Virus record (IMG/VR): IMGVR_UViG_2907408351_000001 | Span: 2,863-66,862 of that record | Direction: 5' to 3' (one strand) | Source of the DNA: a virus | Lineage: Duplodnaviria; Caudoviricetes | Length of the DNA stretch: 64,000 nucleotides | Part shown: positions 9,527-19,575 of the stretch, one piece after another | Layout: each line of letters begins with the position of its first letter | Numbering within the stretch: the stretch's first letter is position 1 | The notes under the pieces: generated by a model | What the model saw: the letters and a program-made list of their open reading frames with translations, nothing else | Told to the model about the DNA's origin: nothing | Databases searched by the model: none | Translations under genes and position numbers: made by a program

Positions 9527-10120
9527 ATGAAAGAAGGTCTTCGAATCGTTTTTTTGGATCTGGAGACAACGGGTCTGGATATTTCTCGGGACCGAATTGT
9601 TGAAATTGGGATGATTGTCCTTTTGTGGGACGGATGGGGCTTTAGAATTTCAAAAATCTTTACTTCACTTGTAAATCCAGAGATGCCGATCCCTCTTTCT
9701 GCTACAAAAATTCATGGAATTACTGACGTTATGGTCAAGAACGCTCCAAGGCTTTCAGATATTCAGGACAAAATTACAAATACAATTTCAGACTTACCAT
9801 TGAGCGGATATAATATTATCAAGTATGATATTCCACTTTTGAAAAACGAATTCGCTAGAATTGGAGCTTTGTGTCCTTTGTCTTCACAAGAGATCATCGA
9901 TCCGTACAGAATTTTCAAGAAACGTGAATCCGGAAAACACGATTTAAGTTCCGCGGTCCGGTTTTATGCGAGTACTAAGCCAAGAAAAGTTCATCGAGCC
10001 ATCTACGACTGTACTAGCGCGATTCGAGTATTTAAAGCCCAATTCCTTTTCTATGATGAATTTCATTTAGCCAAGGATCCGTTTCAAGCGATGGTAGAAG
10101 CGTCCGGAGTAGAATTTTAA
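9527..10120 (+). CDS. DEDDh 3'-5' exonuclease (DnaQ-like)
   Basis: FLDLETTGLD, IHGIT, YNIIKYD, HRAIYD motifs. Confidence 0.92.
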   Translation: MKEGLRIVFLDLETTGLDISRDRIVEIGMIVLLWDGWGFRISKIFTSLVNPEMPIPLSATKIHGITDVMVKNAPRLSDIQDKITNTISDLPLSGYNIIKYDIPLLKNEFARIGALCPLSSQEIIDPYRIFKKRESGKHDLSSAVRFYASTKPRKVHRAIYDCTSAIRVFKAQFLFYDEFHLAKDPFQAMVEASGVEF

Positions 10121-10122
10121 CC

Positions 10123-10431
10123 ATGTTTAGACCTTGGAGAGTGGAAAGACGGGGGAGGAGTCGCCTCCCGCGAGAATCTAAAGAAAAATTTGCAAAAGGA
10201 AACAAGAGTGAATTTGAAATCCTTGTTAAAAAACTCATCGAACAGTTTAGATTGTCTCAAGTTTCAGAGAGTTTTCCTGCGGATCACTGGGAAGAATACA
10301 ATATAGTAAAAGAGCAACTTCCGAATTTGCAGTTAAAACGTATGTGGAAGAGATTAGAAAACGACTTCTACTTTGCAGACCTTTTAAAATTTGAAGCAGA
10401 ATGGAAAAAATATAAAACCTTAAATTCTTAA
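10123..10431 (+). CDS. hypothetical protein
   Basis: 102-aa ORF in the early operon. Confidence 0.55.
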   Translation: MFRPWRVERRGRSRLPRESKEKFAKGNKSEFEILVKKLIEQFRLSQVSESFPADHWEEYNIVKEQLPNLQLKRMWKRLENDFYFADLLKFEAEWKKYKTLNS

Positions 10432-10502
10432 AAAATCGGCCTCTTTTCCGATACTTTAATCTTCGTTACATTCTTCCTTGCGTGATTTCGCAAGTTTAAA
10501 GA

Positions 10503-11507
10503 ATGGAAGAAAATCTAAGAAACAAGATTTTTATAGGGGATGCTTTAGAGCGTCTTCGAACATTCCCATCTGATTATTTCCATACAGTAATAAGCTCCCC
10601 GCCGTATTTTCGTCTTAGGGACTACGGACATCCCGGTCAAATTGGACTTGAAGATGCTCCAAAGGATTATATAAAACGAATCGTTGAGGTATTTCGGGAA
10701 GTCAGAAGAGTGATGCACCCGGAAGGGACGGCCTGGGTAAACATAGGAGACTCATATAATACCGGAGAAAGAAAAGAAAAAGAAAAAAAGAGGGAGGTTT
10801 CTAAACATAAGTCCTTACTTCAAACTGCTACGCGTGTCTGCGGCCTGAAAAAGAAAGATCTAATCGGTATTCCTTGGAAAGTGGCCTTTGCCTTACAAGA
10901 AGACGGATGGATTTTGAGACAGGATATTATTTGGAGTAAGCCAAATCCTATGCCTTCGGCTGTAAAAGATAGGTGTACTACTTCCCACGAGTATATCTTT
11001 CTATTAACTAAAAGTCCAAAATACTATTACGATTCCGATGCAATTTCAGAACCGGCGGTGAGCCTCATGCCGGGCCATCCGAGTTTTAGACCTCATTTGT
11101 TAGAAAGTTCAAATCAAACAAGGACAGAATCGCAGAGCAAAAGAGGTAAAACTTTTCAGGTCATAAAAGAAAAAAGAAACAAAAGGTCTGTTTGGACCGT
11201 GCCGACAGCGCCTTCGAAAACCTCACATACGGCGACTTTTCCCCGGGAATTAATCTCACTTTGTATTCAGGCAGGAACCAGTAAAATTGGAGCTTGTAGA
11301 ATTTGCGGGATGCAATATAGAAAAAAAATGGTCTCGGAATGTGATCATCCGTATGATCCGGTGCCTCCAAGGGTCTTTGATCCTTTTTTTGGATCAGGGA
11401 CTACAGGAGTTGTCTCTTTAGATTTGGGTTGTGAATATACGGGAATCGAAATTGTTCCTAAGTTTGCAGAAGAAGCAGAACGTCGAATCGGACTCAGGCT
11501 CTTCTAA
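10503..11507 (+). CDS. beta-class N4/N6 DNA methyltransferase
   Basis: SSPPY, DIIWSKPNPMP, FDPFFGSGTT. Confidence 0.93.
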   Translation: MEENLRNKIFIGDALERLRTFPSDYFHTVISSPPYFRLRDYGHPGQIGLEDAPKDYIKRIVEVFREVRRVMHPEGTAWVNIGDSYNTGERKEKEKKREVSKHKSLLQTATRVCGLKKKDLIGIPWKVAFALQEDGWILRQDIIWSKPNPMPSAVKDRCTTSHEYIFLLTKSPKYYYDSDAISEPAVSLMPGHPSFRPHLLESSNQTRTESQSKRGKTFQVIKEKRNKRSVWTVPTAPSKTSHTATFPRELISLCIQAGTSKIGACRICGMQYRKKMVSECDHPYDPVPPRVFDPFFGSGTTGVVSLDLGCEYTGIEIVPKFAEEAERRIGLRLF

Positions 11508-11580
11508 GTTATTTAATTGAGGTTTTGGAAGGAAAAATGACTTTACTAAACTTTATCCTTAAACAAAAAATATAGTCCGT

Positions 11581-12327
11581 ATGAAAATAGACTACTCAGA
11601 CTCTTTTAGAATCAATCAATCCGACCTAATAAAACATCCTAACTTAGTATCTCGAGATATTCCCAAAGAGGAAGAAGACGCATTTAATGAGAAAATTAAA
11701 AATATCGGAGTAACTGAAGCCGTAATCGTCGTTAAACACCCAACTCAAAATGGGAAATATTGGCTCTTAAACGGAGATCGTCGATCAAGAGGAAATAAAA
11801 AAGCTAAACACCCAACGATTTTGGCTAAAATGGTTGTTTCTGAGCTAACAGAAGAGGTCCGCCAGTATGTAATGTACTCAGTCAATAATGACGGTACTCC
11901 GATGGGCGATGAAGATACCGTAAAAGCAATCATCAAAGAGTTTGGAAAAGAGAGAATACTCAAAGAGTTTCGAGGAAATATTTCACCGGAAGAAAGAAAG
12001 AAGTTAGGGCCTCCTTTGTCCGAAGTGATTACAAAGACTTTTGGTAGATCTTTAAGGACGAATCAAAGATACCTAAAAGAAGCAAAAGCAATTCTTTCCG
12101 GAAATGAACCTACTCCGATTCAGCTCAAAGATCTTGATAAAAAGAAACTTACGACGATTCACAAGATTGTAAAACAAGTCCAAAGTATCGACACTCAAAC
12201 TAAAAAACTGCTAATCGAAAAAAGTAAATTGGCAAAACAGCTAAAGCCATTTGGGGGGTTAAGGCGCGCAATAGAACTTGATTTAGAAAATCAAAAAAAG
12301 CAAAAGAAACTAAAAACAAAAAAGTAG
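11581..12327 (+). CDS. ParB/Srx N-terminal domain protein
   Basis: IKHPNL..IKNIGVTEAVIV..WLLNGDRRSR. Confidence 0.7.
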   Translation: MKIDYSDSFRINQSDLIKHPNLVSRDIPKEEEDAFNEKIKNIGVTEAVIVVKHPTQNGKYWLLNGDRRSRGNKKAKHPTILAKMVVSELTEEVRQYVMYSVNNDGTPMGDEDTVKAIIKEFGKERILKEFRGNISPEERKKLGPPLSEVITKTFGRSLRTNQRYLKEAKAILSGNEPTPIQLKDLDKKKLTTIHKIVKQVQSIDTQTKKLLIEKSKLAKQLKPFGGLRRAIELDLENQKKQKKLKTKK

Positions 12328-12402
12328 ACAGTCCTTAATTTTTTCTAAAATGATTCGCTTCTCGAATGGACTCTTTCGGGGTAAAAAAGTTACGCATAGG
12401 GT

Positions 12403-13314
12403 GTGAAAAGCTCTGTCAAACTAAACCTAAATTTAAACGCGGGACGTGAAGACTCGCCTTCCATCTCACAAATTCCCTTGGATGGAATCCGATTCCATCC
12501 AAGAAACTCAGACCTTTTTAAAACAAAGTCTGAATCATACATTAAAAATCTTTCAAAAGACATTTCAAAGTTCGGTTTACACGAGCCGATATCCGTACGC
12601 TATATTGAGGATGAAAACATTTATCTTTGTTTGTCCGGGGAAAACAGGGTAAAAGCCGTTAAACTTCTTGGATGGACGACTATTTCAGGATACGTTGTTT
12701 CTCCAAAGAACGAACTCTCCTTTATGATTTCTCGAAATGTAAGGAGACGTCATTTCGGGCATCGAGATAGAATTCTAATTTTGCAAGTATATTGTCCTGA
12801 CTTTTTTACTGGGTCAAAAATAACAATTCGTAGACTCGAAACGATTTCAGATGAAACGGGAATCCCTACATCGACTCTGAAAGCTGATTTAAAAAAGATA
12901 CGAACTGGAAGTAGTAAAGAGGTCACACTAGAAGAACTAAGGAGTCTTTGGGAGAAAAAAAAGATACGCGGCCTAAGAGTGAGTATCTCAGACCTTTCGG
13001 ACGGAAATTTTCTACTTCAGGTGAACGGAAAAAATCTCAATTATGAATGGAAAGGCAAATTTAAAGACGTGATTCGAGATTCTGCCGAAGCGGCACGGTC
13101 AAAGTCATTTAATAAGAATTTTAAATTTGAGAATTCAGAATTAGCCTCACGAATTCGGGAACTGCGTAAGGATGCACGTATGACTCAGTTTGAGCTCGCG
13201 CAATTACTTGGATATTCTCAATCCTATATCGCGGAACTAGAGGGCGGTAAGTGGGAATGTTCGATTTCCCTGTTCGAAGAAATCGCGATACTTTGTGAGG
13301 AAAGAATAAAATGA
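12403..13314 (+). CDS. ParB N-terminal domain plus C-terminal XRE HTH protein
   Basis: HPRN..GLHEPISV..LSGENRVKA..NVRRRH; IRELRKDARMTQFELAQLLGYSQSYIAELEGG. Confidence 0.85.
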   Translation: MKSSVKLNLNLNAGREDSPSISQIPLDGIRFHPRNSDLFKTKSESYIKNLSKDISKFGLHEPISVRYIEDENIYLCLSGENRVKAVKLLGWTTISGYVVSPKNELSFMISRNVRRRHFGHRDRILILQVYCPDFFTGSKITIRRLETISDETGIPTSTLKADLKKIRTGSSKEVTLEELRSLWEKKKIRGLRVSISDLSDGNFLLQVNGKNLNYEWKGKFKDVIRDSAEAARSKSFNKNFKFENSELASRIRELRKDARMTQFELAQLLGYSQSYIAELEGGKWECSISLFEEIAILCEERIK

Positions 13315-14276
13315 ATTACAAAGTATCTATCGGAGCTTCGGACCGGATTCTAAAATGGTCATTTTCAAAAGAAAAACATGAAAATAGTATAGATTGTATC
13401 GTAACTTCTCCACCCTACTTCCAGAAACGAATCTATCTTCCAGAGGGCCATCCATATTCGAACTTAGAGATTGGTCGGGAAGCAAGTCCTTGGGAATATT
13501 ATTTCCATCTCAGTCAGGTTTTTCGAGAAGCAAAAAGAAGACTAAAAAAATCTGCAACCGTATTTGTAAATATTGGCGATTCATTTAGGCACGGATGCGC
13601 TCTTCGCATACCTTCCGGATTTATCGATATGATGCAAGAAGAAGGATATATTTTTGTTCAAGAGATTGTCTGGGCAAAGTCAATTTCGACGGATGATGGA
13701 AATATAGGATCTTGCAAACCCGAATCCGTAAGCCGAAGATTTACAAACTCTCACGAATATGTACTTCTGTTTGTTCTGGATATCGAGAATTACTATTTCG
13801 ATTCTCGGTCTGTTGCTGTGCCACTTGGAGGAATTCATAACCCAAAACCTACGCTACCAGCCATATTGAAGTCGATGGGGGCAAGCGAACACGGGCAGTA
13901 TGAAGGGACTGGGCTAAAAGATTATTCAGACCACAAGGCCGAAAATCCGTCTGAAATCAAAAAGCGAATTTTAAATAATAAAATTCGATCCAATGATTTT
14001 ACGGCAAGACGAAGATCCGTTTGGCAGATACCAACGCCTAATTCAAAAGGACGACATACAGCCGTCGGACCTGAAAGACTATTTGAAATCTGTGTTCTTG
14101 CAGGTTGTCCGGAGGGAGGAACAGTTTTGGATCCGTTTATGGGAGAGGGGACTGTAGGCAAGGTAGCATTAGAAAACAGTAGGAATTTCTATGGAATCGA
14201 ACTTAACGAAATCAGCGGTTTGGATGCTGATCTTCTCCTTTCAATAGTTCGATCTAAACCGAAGGAGGAGGTATAA
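13311..14276 (+). CDS. beta-class N4/N6 DNA methyltransferase
   Basis: VTSPPY, EIVWAK, VLDPFMGEGT. Confidence 0.92.
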   Translation: MNYKVSIGASDRILKWSFSKEKHENSIDCIVTSPPYFQKRIYLPEGHPYSNLEIGREASPWEYYFHLSQVFREAKRRLKKSATVFVNIGDSFRHGCALRIPSGFIDMMQEEGYIFVQEIVWAKSISTDDGNIGSCKPESVSRRFTNSHEYVLLFVLDIENYYFDSRSVAVPLGGIHNPKPTLPAILKSMGASEHGQYEGTGLKDYSDHKAENPSEIKKRILNNKIRSNDFTARRRSVWQIPTPNSKGRHTAVGPERLFEICVLAGCPEGGTVLDPFMGEGTVGKVALENSRNFYGIELNEISGLDADLLLSIVRSKPKEEV

Positions 14277-14330
14277 AAGAGTGCTTCAATTCGTGATTAT
14301 GATAAAACCTATTCTGTTATAGTACTACCA

Positions 14331-14966
14331 ATGGTAGCCAAAAAGAAAGTGATCACCCGAAGAAAATCAATGGGTGAGAAGGAGAAAGCTTTATCAACTC
14401 GCGCACCTACTAAAGAAAAACTTTCCAAAAAAGACCAACAAAAGATTCGATTTGCTTACTTACGGGGTTCTTCCAGAGAAGAGATTTGTCGAAAGTATAA
14501 AATCGATTACAAACAACTCGACAATCTGATTCACAGAAACGGTTGGAAGGATGATTTTGAGGAAATAGAAGGAAAAGTGAGGGAAAAAACGGCACTTTCC
14601 ATTATTTCAAACGCATCAACAACTCTTGCCCGTATGAATACCGAGGCGACCGAACTTCTCGATCTTATCAAAAAACGAATCTATGATCCTGAGATTTCCA
14701 ACGAGGATCTTTCTTACCTAATCAAATCGAGAAATACTCTACTTCGGGAACTTCTCCGATCCTTGGGTTTACCTGATACTATCCGAAACGAATCCGGATC
14801 TCCGGACGAAAAAAGCCAATTCAATCTTCAAATCATCACCGGAGTAGGAGAACTACCCGGATCGATCGAGAAGCTCATTGGCGGGAAAGCCATAGGTGTC
14901 GGCAAGGAAGAAACTTCTCACATTAGATCCAAGAAAAGTCAAAACGGAGACGATCCAAAGAAGTAA
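14331..14966 (+). CDS. terS: terminase small subunit (putative)
   Basis: HTH-like N-terminal region and helical body directly upstream of terL. Confidence 0.6.
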   Translation: MVAKKKVITRRKSMGEKEKALSTRAPTKEKLSKKDQQKIRFAYLRGSSREEICRKYKIDYKQLDNLIHRNGWKDDFEEIEGKVREKTALSIISNASTTLARMNTEATELLDLIKKRIYDPEISNEDLSYLIKSRNTLLRELLRSLGLPDTIRNESGSPDEKSQFNLQIITGVGELPGSIEKLIGGKAIGVGKEETSHIRSKKSQNGDDPKK

Positions 14967-16332
14967 GTATTTTTCTCCGAAACAATCCTTAGCTCTCGAT
15001 GAAGATTGGAGCGACCACTTTATACAAGAGATATGCTACGACGGCGGTGCACGTAGCGGAAAAACCTACCTAATCATAAAGGCAATTATATCCCGCGCTT
15101 GGATATCCGCCGGATCCAGACATTTAATAGCAAGATACAGACTCAATCATCTTCGAATGAGTGTTTGGAGACAAACCCTTCTTCCTTGCCTGAAGGAAAT
15201 GGGATTTGTAAAGGATCGAGATTATTCAATTAACGAAAGCGACCACGTAATCACGTTTACGAACGGAGCCGAGATCTATGGAGCTGGTCTTGATGATTCT
15301 GATCGTGTTGAGAAGATCATGGGGACTGAGTTCAATACCATATTTTTAAATGAATCGACTCAAGTCTCGTATCCCACATTTCAAAAAATTAAAACAAGAC
15401 TTTCGTATGTAAGAGAAGAACTCACAAACAAACTCATAGTCGATTGTAATCCGAGGAACCGGTTTCACTGGATATACAAATACTTTGTTCTTAGACAAGA
15501 CCCAGAAACGGGAGAAGCACTATCAACCAAAAGACAAAGTAGAATGTCCCGTCGTCACTGGACGCCTCTCGACAATCCTTTTATCACAGACGAATACAAA
15601 CAAATGCTTTCGGAACTTACGGGAGTCGAAAGAGACCGGTTGTATCTAGGGTTGTGGATAGACGTTGAAGGTCTTGTCTATCCTAAATTTGAATCGGCGA
15701 TCGTTGAGCCATTCAAAATTCCAGAATCCTGGGACTGTGCGGGTGCGGTAGATTTTGGATATACAAATCCGTTCGTCTTCCTGTGGCTTTATTTCGACAA
15801 AGCAAACGAAACCTGGTATTTAGCCGATGAACATTATCTTACCGAACATACTGTCAGAAGGCACTGCGAACTTATCAGTGATAGAAGAAAGCCGAATCTT
15901 TGGATAATAGCCGATCATGACGCAGAAGATCGCGCAACGATGGCTGAATGCGGATACGTTACATTTGCAGCTGATAAAGACGTCTCAACTGGAATTCAGG
16001 CATTAATTAAACTCCTTGAATCTACCCGGGGGCTAAAACTAAGAATTTTTCGAACTTGTGTTCATACAATTGAGGAATTTTCAATTTATTCTTGGGAACC
16101 TCAAAAGGATGGAAGAAATGCTAAAGAGATTCCAATCAAGAATCACGATCATGCGATGGATGCTCTACGTTATTGGGCGTTGAAAATAATCGGAGGTAAA
16201 AGAGATATAATAACGAGATCATATTCTAAGGTAAAAAAAGAATTAGAAAATAGACCAAAAACCGTATCAGATATTCGAAATAAAAGGTTGGAGCGGTTTG
16301 GGATAGATCCAAATAAATTTTCAAAAAGGTAG
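14896..16332 (+). CDS. terL: terminase large subunit (PBSX-like)
   Basis: GGARSGKT, IFLNES, DCNP, VDFGYTNP, DHAMDALRY. Confidence 0.95.
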   Translation: MSARKKLLTLDPRKVKTETIQRSKYFSPKQSLALDEDWSDHFIQEICYDGGARSGKTYLIIKAIISRAWISAGSRHLIARYRLNHLRMSVWRQTLLPCLKEMGFVKDRDYSINESDHVITFTNGAEIYGAGLDDSDRVEKIMGTEFNTIFLNESTQVSYPTFQKIKTRLSYVREELTNKLIVDCNPRNRFHWIYKYFVLRQDPETGEALSTKRQSRMSRRHWTPLDNPFITDEYKQMLSELTGVERDRLYLGLWIDVEGLVYPKFESAIVEPFKIPESWDCAGAVDFGYTNPFVFLWLYFDKANETWYLADEHYLTEHTVRRHCELISDRRKPNLWIIADHDAEDRATMAECGYVTFAADKDVSTGIQALIKLLESTRGLKLRIFRTCVHTIEEFSIYSWEPQKDGRNAKEIPIKNHDHAMDALRYWALKIIGGKRDIITRSYSKVKKELENRPKTVSDIRNKRLERFGIDPNKFSKR

Positions 16333-16402
16333 AGGAGAGAATTTTTTTAGTGCAATAAAAATAGTTCTCGCCAATTGTATTTGTCGCGACCGTCCTGCAA
16401 AT

Positions 16403-17020
16403 ATGAAACCGAGCCACGAAAACCCATATCCTTTGTATAAAGCGCAGTTGCTTGCATTGGACGTGTGTTTAGCTCGATCATCGAGTGAATTGCCGCGTAA
16501 TTCTTTGAATGAATTTAAAAGAAACAAAAAGACGGCTGAGTTAGTTCTTTGGTGGTCGATATTTCTCTCCCATCTGCGCAATTTTCTAGAAAATAGAAAT
16601 ACAAGGTCCGTTATTCCTTGGCTTTATCTTACCTCGTTTCTAACAGGAGCCTTACTCGGATTAATTCCAAGGCTAGACCTGAAAGGACTATTTCTCTATT
16701 TGCTGGGGATTTCAGTGGCCATTTTGGTCTGTGTTACCCTTGTTCTTTTTTTCTACGAACTAAATCGGATACAGTTTATGTATAGATTGAATACATTGGA
16801 AAAAGAAATCGCTCATTTAGGTTTCAGATTACATCCTGAAAGTTCTTCGATTAAAGCGTATGAAAAAATTATATTTGAACTTCTCTTTGATTCGGATCCC
16901 ATGCGAATGATTTCACGTTCACTGGAATACGCGAGTATGATCCAATTTTACGGATGGAAATCGCTTCACAAGGTGTCTTTTATTAAACGAATTGTTTTAA
17001 AAAAATCGGAAATTGCATAG
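16403..17020 (+). CDS. hypothetical membrane protein
   Basis: Two to three hydrophobic segments. Confidence 0.55.
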   Translation: MKPSHENPYPLYKAQLLALDVCLARSSSELPRNSLNEFKRNKKTAELVLWWSIFLSHLRNFLENRNTRSVIPWLYLTSFLTGALLGLIPRLDLKGLFLYLLGISVAILVCVTLVLFFYELNRIQFMYRLNTLEKEIAHLGFRLHPESSSIKAYEKIIFELLFDSDPMRMISRSLEYASMIQFYGWKSLHKVSFIKRIVLKKSEIA

Positions 17021-17375
17021 GCTTAAAAGTAATGAGTTACGAACACATATATCAAATTTTGGCCCTTCCGTCATTTCGTATTATAATTGGAAGAATTAAT
17101 ACGAAATAGGGAAATGCCGTATATTCCGAATTAGGTTATCTAAAAGTACTCCAATATTATAATACGTTTGTGTTTTCTGCAAAAGCCATAGTTTTCTTAC
17201 TCCTCACATTAAATCAGAAATTTATATTCTTTTATGAAATAAATAGTGGACACAAGTCAAATAACGTTCAAAGGTTTTAAGGAAGATGGATTCACATTTA
17301 AGAATATAGAGAATCGTTTATCAATTTCGTATTGTTATAAATGTAGAATCCGTTAAAAAACATATAGGAACGGAT

Positions 17376-17843
17376 ATGATTTTTGACGACTATGACTTTA
17401 GCAAACGGGCGCGAATCATTGCTGGCCTTATCAAAGATATTGAAGATCGGAAGGCAGAATTTGCAACTCTATCTAGCGAAAAAAAAGAGGATTTAATAGA
17501 AGACATTTCCGAACTTTTGAACAGGAAAATAAACTTCAAAATCGGTGATAAAGTAAGGCTTATCGAGTCTTTACGAGGGGGATATGAATATCCAAGGGAA
17601 GGCGAATACGGAATTATCCAAGAAATCTATCGTAAACCAAAGAAAAATTCTGCGGGTCCTTTTGGCGGAATGCCTATTGAAACCGATTCGGGCGTGATTC
17701 TTGTCTTATCAAGTATAGGAACGCCTTTAGAATTTCCAGTCGACTTGAGGCGATTTGAAATCGCGAATCGAATAAATAATTATTCTGTATTGGAAACAAT
17801 ACGAAAAACAATGCGTTTGCGATTTTTTAAAAAAACCGGCTAA
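17376..17843 (+). CDS. hypothetical protein (SH3-like middle region)
   Basis: FKIGDKVRL..YP...GII pattern; AGGA SD. Confidence 0.65.
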   Translation: MIFDDYDFSKRARIIAGLIKDIEDRKAEFATLSSEKKEDLIEDISELLNRKINFKIGDKVRLIESLRGGYEYPREGEYGIIQEIYRKPKKNSAGPFGGMPIETDSGVILVLSSIGTPLEFPVDLRRFEIANRINNYSVLETIRKTMRLRFFKKTG

Positions 17844-18025
17844 GCTATATTTTGAGCATTTCTTCCAAGCGGACTGAAATAGGATCGAAATTGATTAAAG
17901 CCTGTTTGGAAGAATTAAATTCATCTTAAAATTAGAAAAAATCATTAAAATCAGATCGATTCTTTTCCCGATACATCGCGGGAGCACGTAGAATTTGGAA
18001 AAATTCAAAATAAGGAATCGATTCC

Positions 18026-18559
18026 ATGTCTACAAATGAAGCTGTCGAAAACGAAATTCCCGAAAGTCTGATTGAAAGTAAAGAAGAGATAAACCTTTCA
18101 GAAGACGAAACCCCTTCGGAAAATGTTTCTGCAATTCTTCCGCCGGAAATTCATCCCATATCCGAGGAACTTGAACGAACTGAAATAAAACAAGCCGATA
18201 AGGCAGAAGACGAGGACGTGATTCTTGCAAATTTGGTCCTTGAATTGAGTGAGACAGATCGGCAAAACCTCTTTGACAGTCTTTACTCTTCGGTAGTCAA
18301 TCAGCAATCCCGAGACACCGTTCTCCATATACTTTTTTGGAAAGGATTTCGGTTACTGAACGCATCCGGTTTGATTTCAGGAACGCCTGAGAGCGAAACG
18401 GAATTCGCCGAGAAAGTTGGTAAGTTATCGTCTCAGGACAGACAAGTTCTCTACGATAGCGTTTGTTCCTCAATTGAAAATCAAAGAGGAAGAGATACCG
18501 TGCTTCACGTCCTATTCTGGAAGGCTTGTAAGCTCATCAGGGAAGCTGGGATCGAATAA
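18026..18559 (+). CDS. acidic protein with an internal ~40-aa duplication
   Basis: LSETDRQNLFDS..RDTVLHILFWK and LSSQDRQVLYDS..RDTVLHVLFWK. Confidence 0.75.
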   Translation: MSTNEAVENEIPESLIESKEEINLSEDETPSENVSAILPPEIHPISEELERTEIKQADKAEDEDVILANLVLELSETDRQNLFDSLYSSVVNQQSRDTVLHILFWKGFRLLNASGLISGTPESETEFAEKVGKLSSQDRQVLYDSVCSSIENQRGRDTVLHVLFWKACKLIREAGIE

Positions 18560-18597
18560 ATAGATTAAACCTCTCTGCCAAAAGAGAGGTTTGCCTA

Positions 18598-19575
18598 ATG
18601 AAACGAGAATCTCCTCTTTCTGAGTATAGAGTTTTGCGGGAACTCACCTACGCCTGGCTCTACTATTTTATATCCTTACAGTATGCTTTTTTAGGAGATC
18701 CAAAAAAAGGAATTCATTTCGAAATTCAAAAATCCCTTTGGTCCGATGCGATGGGGATTCTTCGAAAGAAATTTTTTGGGGAACTCCTAGTCCGTCCTAC
18801 CTTTTATCCAAGAACGATCAATGTAACGCCTGATCCTTCAAAAGATTATTCCAAACTGCCCCGCCAAACAGGAAGAATCATTTTCCCGGAAGGTGTCATA
18901 TCTCGGGACGAGTTAGAAGAAGCCGATCAAGGAATCTTTGATTTTTTAGCTCAAGACTGGAATCGAATTTATTTAGAAGAAAGAAACAAAGCTACAGTTC
19001 TCGGATACATCGCACAGTATATGATCGGAGAGGGTGAAGACCCGGACGAACTTAAAGAAATGACAATCCCTGAATTTTCAGAGCGAGCTATCATCTACAA
19101 CCTACCGGAACTTGCTGACATCGATGTTCTCATGGAGGAAACAGGATTAACCAGAGAACAAACCTACTCCCTAATCTATGGACAAGCAAAAGGGGCGGAA
19201 TGGCTCGCAGTATATGACAAGAACGGAGAAAGATCGGGAAAGTCATACGAATTAATCACAAAAATGTACAGACGCCAAATTGCGGAGGCTCTTGCAAGAA
19301 ACGCGACTGAAGAAGAAATCAGGTCTCTCATGATCTCTCCCGATGATACTGAAATAAAGGAAGCATTGGGATTATTCGAAGATGGAATATCGGACTTAAC
19401 ACGAGCTCGCCGGGAAAAGAAATACGAAAAGCTTCTAACCGATCACCTTAATCGGGACATGACTCGATTTGCATATACGGAAGCTTCAATCAATTTTAAT
19501 AACGGAAAACTCCTTTTGCTTTCTAATGAAAAACAAAGCGTCCAGTATGTTCAATTTGGTGGTGGTTCGTATTAG
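18598..19575 (+). CDS. minor head (MuF/SPP1 gp7-like) protein, N-terminal part
   Basis: RDMTRFAYTEASINFNNG resembles the R.ARTE..A.N.G motif. Confidence 0.55.
   Translation: MKRESPLSEYRVLRELTYAWLYYFISLQYAFLGDPKKGIHFEIQKSLWSDAMGILRKKFFGELLVRPTFYPRTINVTPDPSKDYSKLPRQTGRIIFPEGVISRDELEEADQGIFDFLAQDWNRIYLEERNKATVLGYIAQYMIGEGEDPDELKEMTIPEFSERAIIYNLPELADIDVLMEETGLTREQTYSLIYGQAKGAEWLAVYDKNGERSGKSYELITKMYRRQIAEALARNATEEEIRSLMISPDDTEIKEALGLFEDGISDLTRARREKKYEKLLTDHLNRDMTRFAYTEASINFNNGKLLLLSNEKQSVQYVQFGGGSY

Noticed and set aside
10429-10455. CCGAT read as a sigma28 -10 element (GCCGATAA)
   Set aside because: No TAAA at a constant distance upstream across the sites, whereas the downstream hexamer sits at a fixed 14 nt; kept only as an alternative to test
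16403-17375. Membrane protein and AT-rich gap after terL as a superinfection-exclusion moron
   Set aside because: No family motif or clear promoter/terminator; only hydrophobicity supports it
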